DNA from: Rhodosorus marinus CCMP1338
Lineage: Eukaryota > Plantae > Rhodophyta
NCBI GenBank assembly: GCA_029953675.1
Contig: JAMWBK010000003.1
Span: forward strand, 2,728,001-2,792,000
DNA length: 64,000 nt
Direction of reading: 5' to 3'
Both the position numbers and the translations under genes were made by a program. The notes beneath the pieces were generated by a model. That model saw only the letters and a program-made list of their open reading frames with translations, ran no database searches and was not told the origin of the DNA. How positions within the stretch are numbered: position 1 is the first letter of the stretch; each line of letters begins with the position of its first letter. Positions 24,079 through 35,658 of this stretch are shown here, in pieces.

Positions 24079-26314
24079 CAATAGTAATTTAAAGACCGAC
24101 ATTCTTAGCGGAGATCTATGTTCACACTACGAGGCGCTTTTTTCTACTGGAAATCTTGCGAGCATATCACATTTGTCACATCACGTGCTGCTACCCATCA
24201 GACTGTAGTCACTTTTTCCGGACTCTCATGCGAAGCGGGGAGGGTTACCAGCACCAAATACATCAGTGTTTTGGTAATATATCGAAGCGAGGGTAAGCTG
24301 ATCGCCTCGCATTACCGTCCTTGTCGGCGCGACGTTCGGCATGGATGAGGGGGAAGTAGCCTTCGCCGAAGTCGCCGGGAAAGCTTGGCAGAGAAAAGAT
24401 ATATTCCTCCCTCAGATTCTTGACAACTATAGATCGCCGAGCTCATGAGCATCATGCAGGGACTCATAGCCAGCACGAGTGCAGAGACTAGCCTCCACCT
24501 CTGCATCTCACACCTTTGCATGCCAAGCGAAAAATTACTCTAGTCTGGGGTTAATTTTTCCGAGACTGCTCAATGCACCGCAATGCGAAGCTGAGCTATG
24601 TGCGGGCTCAGATCTACCGGACGCTTTGGCAAGGAAACGCGGAGCTCGCGATAGGAGCTCAGGTGTGTGGACCTGTTGGCGAATCCACTGGCACCTGTTT
24701 TATCTTTGGACGTAGCATGAGACCCAGGTAGCCGCAAACGCAACACTAATCCTACTACATTAGATAGTAGTAGGATTAGTGTTGCGTTTGCAGTAGGCAG
24801 GGGTACCGAGTCAAGTTTACGGTTGCAGTTGGGTTTTGTACCCAACTGCACGGATATTCATTGGCCTTGGATTGATTTAGCCTGCGCGCCGAGTACCCTA
24901 AAATCTTTCGTACACTGTACTGTCCAATAAGCATCGACTCTTTCGATACTAGGCAGAGGTCACATCGAGACCATCGCATTCCCATAAAATCATAATTTTA
25001 ATCGATTCCTTCGTCTCCAGGATCGGCGACCAGATTCCATGTAGCACGAATCTCGAGCAAAAATTTAGCATCTTACCCCCTCCGAAATTACTTCATTCGA
25101 CAAAAGTATATCTAGCTCCCACCCCTTAGGACCCAATATAAAGCTATCCTCCCCCAAAACCTTCAATGAAACACGATCAACTGCACTCGTCCTGACATTC
25201 ATCGACTTGTATTCCCCCTCACCCACCCACCCCCGGCAAAGATTTACGATCAAAAGGTTTAGCGAAAGGCAAAGGACGGGGGGGTTACGAACAATTTTCT
25301 TACTGCAAGAAAAAGGAAACATATCCCCCCTTCCTTCCCCACACCCCCTCTCATCGCTCGTTTCAGATGGTATCAGGAACAGATAAAACTTTCGGGCAAA
25401 ATAATATCTAAATAAATGAAATAGGCATATAGATTTGGACGAGTAGATAACATGCGGACTTCGATCATTACTCTTGAGGAATTGTTTCGGTACTGATCTA
25501 TTAAAAATATATATCGCGATACAAACCACCATACAGTTCCTCTAAAGCCAACGATTTTAATGAACTGATTACAAAATAGACATCTCTTGTTTCATGGATC
25601 TCATGAAACAGATAATAAAAAATCGATCTTGGGCAGAGGATAGTTTGGTTATCTTATTTTCTTTAGGATTCAAGCAAATAAATCGAGCGAGACTAGCACT
25701 TAATAAAATATAAGAAATTCTAATGACCTCCCAGAGCTGCGAGGATCGGGGATGCATGCGATGGTGGTTTCGTGATCCTCGGAAGAGGGGGGTGAGTTGC
25801 GATTTGCGAATATGAGTTTTATTTGATAATATACATTTGGGTTTCGCGTGAAGGGGGGATGGGAGCGGCTCCGCATTTGTTTTCAATTAATGCCATTATG
25901 AGCGCTCATCATTTTTTTGCTGATTGAGATAGGGGGGGGGAGAGGTGGGGGAGGTAGGGTTCGAAATTAAGTTGGGTTAGGAGGGGGGTATTGTCGAGGA
26001 TCGCATGCTGAACCAAATGTGAGAGGCTTTTTTTTTTTTTTGAGGGGACTTTGTGAAATGGTGTGTTTTTTGCATGTTGGACAGGGTTTTCACGTTTTTT
26101 CGAATTTAGATTTTTTGGGAGGGGCTGAGTGGAGCACCCTCCGCGAAGAAGAAAAGAAATATATTAGGCTCATGTGATCAATGGGAAGGCAAGGTGGATG
26201 GTAGATGTACAGGAGTTCGGAAGGCTTTTGGGTGAGGGTGAAGGTCTGAATCGCGGTCGTTTGATTTTACTGGTGAGTTTTCGAAGTCAGAGAGAAAAAA
26301 AAAGAAGCAAAGAG

Positions 26315-27205
26315 ATGTTGGGTTTCGTGAATGGAGTTTCCCCTCTGGCACAGCGCCGCAGCGGTGCAGCTGTGAGTGTCCGCAAGGGCGTCGTCACAAT
26401 GCTGCAGTCCAAGGCAATGCCTTTCATGGAGGCCCCCCCTGCCCTTGACGGTACGTGCAGAACGTACGCAGGTTGATGCTTCTCCTTGGAAAGTGCATAT
26501 CAGGGTCTGATATTTTGGTGCTTGTTTTGTATCGATGGTAAACAGGAAGTATGGCTGGTGACAACGGATTTGATCCTCTGGGTCTCACCAACTACTTCGA
26601 CGTCAAGTGGTAAGTGACGGAGGCTTTCAACTTTGGCTTTGGAATGCTCTCTAAGTTTTTTCTTCCGTATCTATGCTTTTGTGAATCCTAGGATGCAGGA
26701 AGCTGAGATCAAGCACTGCAGAATTTGCATGCTTGCCTGCATGGGCTTCCTTATTCCGGAGATCTTCACTCTCCCATGGAGCTACTTCCCCAAGGACATG
26801 CTTGCAGTTGATGTTCACGGTAAGGCGAGAGGATGCATTCTCAATTCTGTGCATCATGTGCCTCGCGGAGGAGGACGATGCTAATAATCCTGTGCTTTTC
26901 AAACAACAGACTACTTTGTCAAGACCGGTGGACTCGCTCAGGTCAACCTTTTCGTCTCTGCCTGGGAAGCAATCATTGGTATTGCTGCTCTGCAAGCGAC
27001 AATGGAGGGAGACAGAGCCCCAGGAGATTATGGATTTGATCCGCTTGGTCTCGGCAAGGACCCGGCCACGATGAAGAGGAACCAGACAGTTGAGCTGATC
27101 AACGGACGTCTTGCCATGTGCGCCATCGGTGGATTCATTCACCAGCAATGGATCTACAAGCAGGGAATTATTGACCAGCTTATGCACTTCAAGCCCATGT
27201 ATTAG
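26315..27205 (+). CDS. Light-harvesting chlorophyll-binding protein (Lhcr type); 4 exons
   Basis: Transit peptide MLGFVNG, SKAMPFM..P..LDG...[39 protein letters not shown]. Confidence 0.96.
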
Positions 27206-27539
27206 ATGAGTGGATGGACGACCTCCTGTACCCATTGCACGCAGTTTAAAATTTCAGAATAAAATGACCTTCACGTGACGCGAAGAACTGACACGGCGGC
27301 GGAGTCTTTCCTTACGCACGACTACCGTTCTCGTGCAGTAGGGCTACATATTTGCATGCACACAGAGTTCCGTTGAACCTGCCATGTAGTTCCTTCGCGC
27401 CGAAAACACGGACCAGTTTCCGCGAACGAAAGCAACGCCATTGCCCCCCAGCAACTCCTGATCTATTCGTTAGTAGTTGATCTCATCACAGGGAATCTGA
27501 AAGAGTCCCAACGGGGTCCTCGGCTAGTCGAACATGACA

Positions 27540-28200
27540 ACTAGCGGAACCACTGTCGGACAATGATGATCTTATTTAGACGCTCAGTGCTGCGAGAAGG
27601 CTTACGAGTCCAATGCGCTGTGAACGAGCCCCGGAACATCGGGGCGGTAATCGGTAGTCTGAACATGAAACTAGAGGCAGAGATCAGGTCTGCCACAGAC
27701 TGATCGCATCGATGAGCAAATACAAGCCAAGTTGCCAAGCAAGCTGGCATTATCCGTTGAAAAAATCGTTTTTCACATTGCGCTACACCTTGCCTGGAAA
27801 CGAGTTCAGGATTCCTCATCAATTCAGGCCCTTCAAGCTGATGACGTTCTTCATCGGGGAATCTGTACACGAAATGGAATTTCGTAGGCTAGCCGACATC
27901 AGTCGATCATCTGCACAGGTGAAGACCATCCTCATCATCGTACCGTACAGAGCTTCGCCTCGCATGCAAACTCTGTGCACCAATTGCCGTTTTTCAGAGC
28001 CGAAGAGGGGGGGGTATCGCGATTTTCCGATGAGCTGCATGAGGGTGAGAAGGTTTTCTATCCGCTGCTGGAGTACGTCATCTCCACGAGGTAGCTCCCC
28101 GGAGTCCCCTTCCCAGTTCGAGGTCATAGGCTTCCTGAACTGGGCGAAGACTGACTTAGCACCGTTTGACATTCTTGCTGCCTTGCTGCGAATGCCAAGG
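27540..28200 (-). mobile_element. Ty3/gypsy integrase-region relic
   Basis: Frameshifted GEALY..., a degenerate HHCC region (SFPGKV*RNVKND...CQ) and KPSRSTERLNKII, resembling the integrase ER.N motif. Confidence 0.45.
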
Positions 28201-28346
28201 GGGAACTTTGTCAGAGCTCCCGGAGGAACCTGGGTGTATCTGTATTGTTAGAGTATTCCATAATCGCAACCTATGCTAGGGCTTTTGAGAACGGCTTCGT
28301 AGGGAACCTTTAATTCTGTGGTTTCTAGAGCGGGTAAGACGTTGAT

Positions 28347-29282
28347 ATGAACGCGACACGCCTGATTGCTCTCGCTGCCATTCCTCTTACGGCGATTCAA
28401 TTCTACCAAAGACCTGGGATGGCAAGTAGTGCGACTAAGAATGACAAGGAGGTTGATGATGCGATGAGCGATGTGACGACTGAGAGCAACGGTGGGAAGG
28501 AAGAGACTTGTCCCGAGCCGAACGAAAAGAGGCTGGTTCTGAAATGTGGCGCACATATGATCCCTGACTCGCGCAAAGGAGATCAAGGAGAGGATGCATG
28601 GTTCATCCAAGATAGCGCTGTAGGCGTTTTCGACGGCGTCGGCGGCTGGAGGAGGAAAGGTGTGGACCCTGGGAAGTATTCGAGAGCACTCAGGGACGGC
28701 TCTGTACAGTATATAAAAGAGCATGGAGTTGGTGACTTAAAATTGGCTCTAAAGCATGCAGTTGAAGGCAATCCTAACCTGGGAAGTTCCACTGCTTGTT
28801 TGGCAGCCATGCCTCAAAGCCCTTCGCTGCAGGTACTGAATTTGGGGGATTCTGGATTGATCCAGTTTCGGAAGGAGCAGATAAAGTTCTCTACACCCGA
28901 ACAACAGTTTCGGTTCAACTTTCCTTATCAATTAGGAACGAACTCGTTATGTACAGTTGATGACTCTGATGCGTACGTCCTAGAGATGCAGACGGGGGAT
29001 ACAGTAGTGCTGGCTACTGACGGTGCACTGGACAATCTTGGCGAAGGCGAGATGGAATCCCTGGCTAGGCTGACGAAGGACTTCAGCCCGAACAAAGCCG
29101 CGGAAGAATTTGCAAAAACAGCGAATCGAAACTCGCTGGACCGGGAGTACGATAGTCCGTTTGCTCAGAACGCAAGAAAGGTTGGAAAGAATTACTCCGG
29201 AGGGAAGCAGGATGATATCACGGTGGTCCTTTGCAGAGTATGTGAGCAGTCGAAGAGCTGGTTACCATGGTCCAAGCTCTAA
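28347..29282 (+). CDS. PTC7: PP2C-family protein phosphatase, PTC7 type
   Basis: GEDAWF, GVFDGVGGW, GSSTAC, NLGDSG, QQFRFNFPYQLG, LATDGALDNL, GGKQDDITVV. Confidence 0.93.
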   Translation: MNATRLIALAAIPLTAIQFYQRPGMASSATKNDKEVDDAMSDVTTESNGGKEETCPEPNEKRLVLKCGAHMIPDSRKGDQGEDAWFIQDSAVGVFDGVGGWRRKGVDPGKYSRALRDGSVQYIKEHGVGDLKLALKHAVEGNPNLGSSTACLAAMPQSPSLQVLNLGDSGLIQFRKEQIKFSTPEQQFRFNFPYQLGTNSLCTVDDSDAYVLEMQTGDTVVLATDGALDNLGEGEMESLARLTKDFSPNKAAEEFAKTANRNSLDREYDSPFAQNARKVGKNYSGGKQDDITVVLCRVCEQSKSWLPWSKL

Positions 29283-30729
29283 TTAGGAGTTCAGAAGGAG
29301 ATGCGGATGCGAGCCTTCTACATCGTCGGCAGTCGATCGTAAATGACGTTCACTCGCACCTACGGGAAACGATTTTTCAAATAAGAAGGTTCCTTGAGGT
29401 TTAAATAAGTTTCAAAAATGTTAGTGGTTGCCTACTATCGTACTCCGCAACTCGACAAAGGCCGCGCAGCCTACCATGTCTGTATAGGAGAAGTTCTTTC
29501 CTACGAGATACTTTCCTCCCTTCTCTTCAGCTCTTCTTGATTCTCTGTCAAGTGGTCGTCGGCTATCTCCACGATCATTTTACTGTTCTGCGAAGCGTAC
29601 CTACCTTGAACCCGGAAAAAAAAAAAAATAGGTTCGCTAGCGGAAATCTAATAGAACTGAGGGGGCGGGGCTACTCAAAAGCCCCGCCGTGTGTATCGCT
29701 TCAGAGGCCCGTCTTCTCGGTCAGTCTTATCAACCATCACCTTTCTATCATAGCACAGAATGGCGTCCGAACGATTTTTCGACTCTCCGAGTAAAGTGAC
29801 TGCTCCCTTCAGGGCAGCCCGGTCGCACACTCTCGATTTCAGCCGCCGACTTTGACAGGCGATCTTCGCTGTGGAGGAACGGCGCCTTTACCGCCTGTCC
29901 CGCTCCGAGTTTTCAGCTTAACAGGGATTTCCAATTCCAAGTACGAACGCGTTCTATGCCTATAATCCACTCTAGCGTGTGTCCGCTCAGCACGTAAGGA
30001 TCGTCACGACGACCTGAAAATATTAAAGATCCCCTTCAATCTTCTAAATGGCTGTGACCCACTGCTCTCTACTGGATTCCTCACGCACGCAGACTCCACT
30101 CTTGCAGCAAAAGGGCTTTATGTCCGTGCACTACAGTTTGCATCTTTGCGAGCAGTCGCTGGCGCAAATTCCAACTCTTCCCAGTTGAATCGCAACAGAT
30201 TTCTTGCTAGACTCAGTGATCGTGCGACAGCTGCTGAACTATACTCAAACGGTGTCCGCGAGGAGTCTGACTTGTTAACGGTGAACGAATGCTATTAACG
30301 AGTGAGTGAGCACACGGTGAGTGCTTTTTCGCATCTTACTCGGCTGAGCACGGTGCCCGATCCCACATTCACATGTGGGCTCTCAACCACAGCCACGTGA
30401 GAACAATGCGGCTCGTTCCTCACCTCCACAACGATCGTTGAGGAGTACTATTCGTAGCGGTGTTAGCAGCACAGGTAGAAGTAGCCATGGTTCACCGATA
30501 AACGAGTGATTTTCTTCCCCCTAACCACAGTCCCTCTACCTGGGAGTTTGTGAAAGGTTAAGGGCCCCAGCAGACTTTCTCGAGGAAACGCTTTTGAAGG
30601 GTTACGAGCAGATCAGATTCGCTGCTCGGTAATTGGGCACCGAGAGTTTGGGCTTCTGCAAGCCCTTTTTCTTCCCGCTGCCCAATGGGTTCTTGGTCTG
30701 TAGTACGTATTCTACTTTTCGTTTAATCT

Positions 30730-31594
30730 TCAGTTGTCGTAAGAACGGCATTCATCTGCCTCTGGTGATTCCTTGCAGTATTGGGCGAGTGGGTCGTTCT
30801 CATCCTCAAACTGGCTCAGCAAGTACTCGGCGGATGACTTTTCATATGCGCCGGTATCCACGTTGAGGGCAGCGACGACTCCGTCATTGGCGATCATGGA
30901 GTAGCGGGCCGAGCGGATCCCGCCAAAGGCTCCAGTATCTTTCTCCAATCCGATAGCCTTTGTGAACGCGGCATCACCGTCGGCGATCATCTTGACCTGT
31001 TTTCAGTTGGCGTAAACGCATCATTAGGGGTGATCCACAAGTCCACGCACTAAGGTATGCGCGCATGACTTCAGCCTTACCACGCCTTCTCCTGCGATCT
31101 GCTTCATGAAGGCCGTCATCACAAACCTATCATTCACAGAGAGCACGTAAAGGTCTTCGACACCCTTCTCCTTGAGCTTGTCCGCGTTCTTCACGAAGGA
31201 CGGGGCATGGGACTCGGTGCAAGTTGGGGTAAGCGCGCCCTGAGAATAAAAAAGACGTTTAAAATCCTGCCTTAGACCATCGCACAATTCGTCTTCCCCA
31301 GCCCTCTCCCCTCCTTTCCGTTTCAAAACCGTCAGTCCTCACAAACTAAAAAGCGTACAACCGATAGCAAGGCCAGCTACGCACCGGAACTGCGCATACC
31401 GCAACGGTCTTTCCCTTGAAAATATCCTCGACGGTCATAGATTCTCCATCAACAGTAAGGGAAAGCTCCATCGGCAGCTGATCTCCAACCTGCAGAGACA
31501 TCCTCATCGCCGATCGCTGCACCCTGCGGGACGCACGCTTCGCCCCAACGAAGGACGACCGACCCATCGACACCCCAGACACGAAACCAATCAT
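30730..31594 (-). CDS. Plastid type-II peroxiredoxin with a C-terminal CP12-like extension; exons 31594-31385, 31239-31081, 30996-30730
   Basis: Transit peptide MIGFVSG, VPGALTPTC..SH.P, SVNDRFVM, ADG...FTKAIG, RS.RYSMI..DG.V; ends DPLAQYCKESPEADECRSYDN*. Confidence 0.93.
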
Positions 31595-32930
31595 CGTGAC
31601 AAAACAGTAGTATCTTCCTCTTGCTTCAAAAAAAAAAGTCTTCCCTGCGTAAAAAAATTACCAAACCCTCCCCACAACAGCTCTTCTTCCCCCACCCCCT
31701 CCAACCCCTCAATCGAAGATTTCTTATATACACCTCAGATCGTGTCAACAGACCCAATCCAACCACAAAGAATTATTAACCCCCTTTATACGCGAAGCAA
31801 TATATCCTCCATGTATGTATCTTTTACTAATTTAATTCAACTATTGACCATTTGATTGAGATATATCTAAGGGGTATTTGTTATTTTTCTACCGCAGATT
31901 TTTCTCCTGTTGATCGCTGAGCACGATGGAGCGGAGTCTGTTGTCTGGCACTAAGACAGAAGACTCAGGTCCGTTGAAAAGCCAGGAGAAGTATCTTTAA
32001 GCGCATTTGTATATCGAATTAAGTTTAGTCACGTGTCTTTAGGTACCAATGAACGTACGTTAGTCAGTTAGGAGGCGAGCCGGTGTATTTTTGAGGCATT
32101 GATTTGCATCGAGATTTCAAAACTCGAAATATTCGTAGATATATAGAACGAGTACTCTTTGATTAGGTTTTATCTAGGTAGACTATGGACTTAAGTTTAG
32201 AACTTGTGGTGAGTTTTTTTAAAAAGAATTTTAGAAGGAAATTGCAAGGTTGAAGAATGGATGCTTTTGTTCTGGTTTTGCCGTTTTTGGATTCGGATCT
32301 TTCGGGCAGGAGAAGATTTTTTCTTCGAAGCTCTCAGCTGAGAGCTTTTGAGCTAGAAATGCGCAACCCAGCAGAGTATGTGATGGATGTTTTATCCATC
32401 GTAGGTCTTCAGTGTCCAACTGATGATCTGATGTGGGCTATGACTGACGTACAAGAAGGAATACGGTGAAACCCCCAAAAAGCGCCCAACGGCGTCCGTA
32501 TCTTTTCATTCTCGGCGCTGGTGAATGAGGGCTTTATACGAATCACTGACGGATTGGTCCCTTATCTTCCCTGAGTGGGATGACTTAAGCTGATGGAGCC
32601 ACACGATCTGAAGTTTCCTCCTGCCTGACTTGGATCAACTGCTCCGGGGCTCTTCAGAAGTTGTCAGCAACTTCCTCGGTGTTCGACGAATGAGGGGTCG
32701 GGAGTGGAAAATCACAGCGCAGCAGCAACGCCGGTTGATCTTGCATGTGGAATCCCCATAGACTTGATCAAGGACTAAGAGAGCATCGGAACGCCTTGTG
32801 TAAAGCAATGGGTTGCTTCATGGTGCAACGCGTTCTGCTTTACATTGTTAAAGATGGATTAGTAGGTTGGTTTCGCTGGATGCTCTGTACAGGTCGCTCC
32901 ACTGCATGCGGACTATCGGTCTTGAATTTT

Positions 32931-34142
32931 CTAGACCCAGTCTTCGTCGTCATCATCGTCATATTCGTCGTGAATCTCAGGAGCATTTGTTTCGTTCTGG
33001 CCATCCAAGGTTGACGCCATCTTGGTGCCAGCGGCTTCCAAATCCACAGCCGCTTCAGGGTTGTTGTGCCCGGAGCTTTCTTCATCTATGTCTTCCGTGT
33101 CACTCCATTTGAGTTCCTCCTCCTCGTGACTATGTGAGTTTTCAAGGAGAGCAGTTCGTCGCTCTTCCCCCTGCTCCAGCATAGCCAGGCCATAGAAGTA
33201 CCTTGACCAGAAAAGCTTTCGATCAAGGAGAGCTGGAACAGTCCTATTGTACAAGACCTAAAGCAAACAAGAAATTGCATATGAGCCATCGCAACTCGAA
33301 CTGTTCGAAACTCGAAAGTAATCTGCACGAGCCTGACTCACCTGGATTTCCGGGTTTTCCTTAAAGACCACGTCAATAGCGTCTTGGGTGTCGCTCATCT
33401 CAAAGTTATCCCTGAAGACCTGAAAAGCCTCCTGGTCCTCCGGCTCATGGCAATAAGTATCAGGATTCGCTTGCAATTCCCTGACCTTTCTCTCAAACCT
33501 TGACATCGGCATTGGGATCGCCTCGCGATGCACGATGGGAGCAGGGTTGTCAGAGTCAATGCCAGTCTGAATCCGAGAATTGAGTTCTGTTGCTGCAGTC
33601 TTGATGAAACCGCCGAACATTCCCAGAGTACCTGCTACTGTATCCTGCAGTTGAGTTATCTCCTTCTGAATATCAAGTTCTTGGTCGTCAGATCGGCTAG
33701 GCTCTGCTGGTGTGTAGGATGCTGCGCTCAGATTGCCAGCTTGTGGTTCTCTCTGAGCATCCTTTGGACCAAAATCCTGGGGCGCCTTTTCGCCCTCCCC
33801 TTCGATTTTCAATTTCATATCTTTGGCAGCTTCTGTAACCTTCCCCAGCGACAAAGATGCAAAACTCCAAAACTCCTCTGCTGCGACTTTTATTCGGTCC
33901 TCAATCTTCTCTTCTCCTTCAAGGTCATCCTCTTCATCTCCTCCCCCATCCGAAACTCCCTCAGCTTTCGCGTCATCCACCGGCTCAAGACTGGCATTCT
34001 CACGCTCAACGTCATCGCCCTCATCCAGCCCTTCTTGAGCCTCTCCCTCTACGCGCGAGGCTTCTTCTTGATCCTCTTCTCCTTTGAACGAAGTATCTTT
34101 TTCACCCCTATCCACTTCTGAAGAAACCGTTGGCGCTTCCAT
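32931..34142 (-). CDS. BSD-domain protein; 2 exons
   Basis: LQANPDTYCHEP...F...I...ENP...YNRTVPALLDRKLFWSRYFY...E..R..LL; acidic N-terminus. Confidence 0.88.
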
Positions 34143-34665
34143 TATACCACGTCCTCATCAACAAACAAATTTTCACACATGTAAATCGATTCTCGCTTAT
34201 ACTTGAATCAAAAATAGCAAAGGGTAGTTTTTCGTTCTATTCCATTGTCATAGCTGATAGCACCTTATACTCCAGGCATTGTACCTGCCCAACAGCATCT
34301 CACATCCGAAAAAACAGCTTCAAGTATTGATGCAGACTGACAGCTTTCAAAACAGTCCGAAAAAGAAAACTCTAGTGGGGGCCGTATAGGGAATTGATTT
34401 TCGACCATCCTCAGTTTTCGCTCAGCCATCTTCAAAGGATTCAATGGAGATGGTTAGGAGCAGTGCAAACAAGTTATTTCATCCAATATTGAGAAAGACT
34501 TGTAGGCGTTGGGAAGGAAACCTTTGCCCATGGAATACAAACTGTCACCTACAATTTTAGCTTCCTGCCCCCGTTGAGAACCGTTCCGAACTACACCGGC
34601 TTTCTGAAGAAAATCATTTTGTAGGTGTTTGAGAGTGAGTCATGGAATACAAGCAAAGGTCTCCA

Positions 34666-35039
34666 GGCAGAATCCTGGTGTTGAACGGGGAGCGCTCCTC
34701 CTCCATCCAGTTTTTAAGTGTAAACTAGGGACGGGTTGAACAGCTGGGAATTTCCATATGGCCTGAAGTGACGACAGCTTGTTGTTTTCATGTGAGCATA
34801 AAGCCAAGGACAATTTTTCCTGCCGAAGCGCGTGCCAATTCTTCGCTGTTCGATTAGCTCAATGAACCATGTATCGATCTTGTCGTCTCCGGAGAAATAA
34901 TCCGCTTTCGATCCTTTCATTGGACTAAAAGTTTCACTTGAAACTGGATGGAGGAGGAGCGCTCCCCGTTACCCCGGACTAAAAGTTTCACTTGAAACTG
35001 GATGGAGGAGGAGCGCTCCCCGCACACCAGGATTCTGCC
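34666..35039. repeat. Foldback/MITE-like element with ~60-bp inverted arms and a 54-bp tandem duplication in the right arm
   Basis: ggcagaatcctggtg (34666) pairs with caccaggattctgcc (to 35039). cggggagcgctcctcctccatccagttt at 34686 is inverted at 34922-34968 and 34976-35022, which are two identical 47-nt copies. Confidence 0.85.
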
Positions 35040-35658
35040 GGAAGCATACGTTTTCATATGGACAGGTGGAACGATTTAATTAGCTAATTAGTGCACGTGT
35101 CATCTTACTATTCACTGTAGTGCTCAATTGTCTCGAGATACTTCCATTAATAGATATCCACGTGTCCGAAAATTCGTTTTGGCCAGGCTATACCATTCAA
35201 AATAGTGCACGTGTCTAGATGAATAAATGATTGGTTTTTAGAATATGATAATGACTGAGATCAATTGTTTTTTTGTTTTTGAAGAAATTCAAATTTGGGG
35301 TTTTGCAAACTCCCTTGTAACGGCGAAGATCATCTCACGCTTGCACTGTTTGTTGGAGGTGCTGCCCGGTTGAACCCGGAGGAGGCGGAGGAGGCGGTTT
35401 CTTCATTGAAGCCAATTCGCTTTTCTCGTAAAACTAGACTGTGAGGTGAAGTACTGTGTATGTGTTTCGTAGTGATCTGCGGGGCTGAGCTTTTGGGAGA
35501 AACTGGTGAGGCCTGCTGTGACAAGTTTTGAACCCGGTCGCGTTGGAGACCTGACGGAATGCTAGAAGCGGGCTCTCGACAATGAGGAAAAGGAATTGAA
35601 TGCAGACCGTTTGGCTTGGGTTCAATATAACGTAGCTCGTACCTATTTATCTGAATAG

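Noticed and set aside
34922-35022. Direct repeats resembling a mini CRISPR array
   Set aside because: Only two copies, a 7-nt gap, eukaryotic context and no cas genes; it is a tandem duplication.
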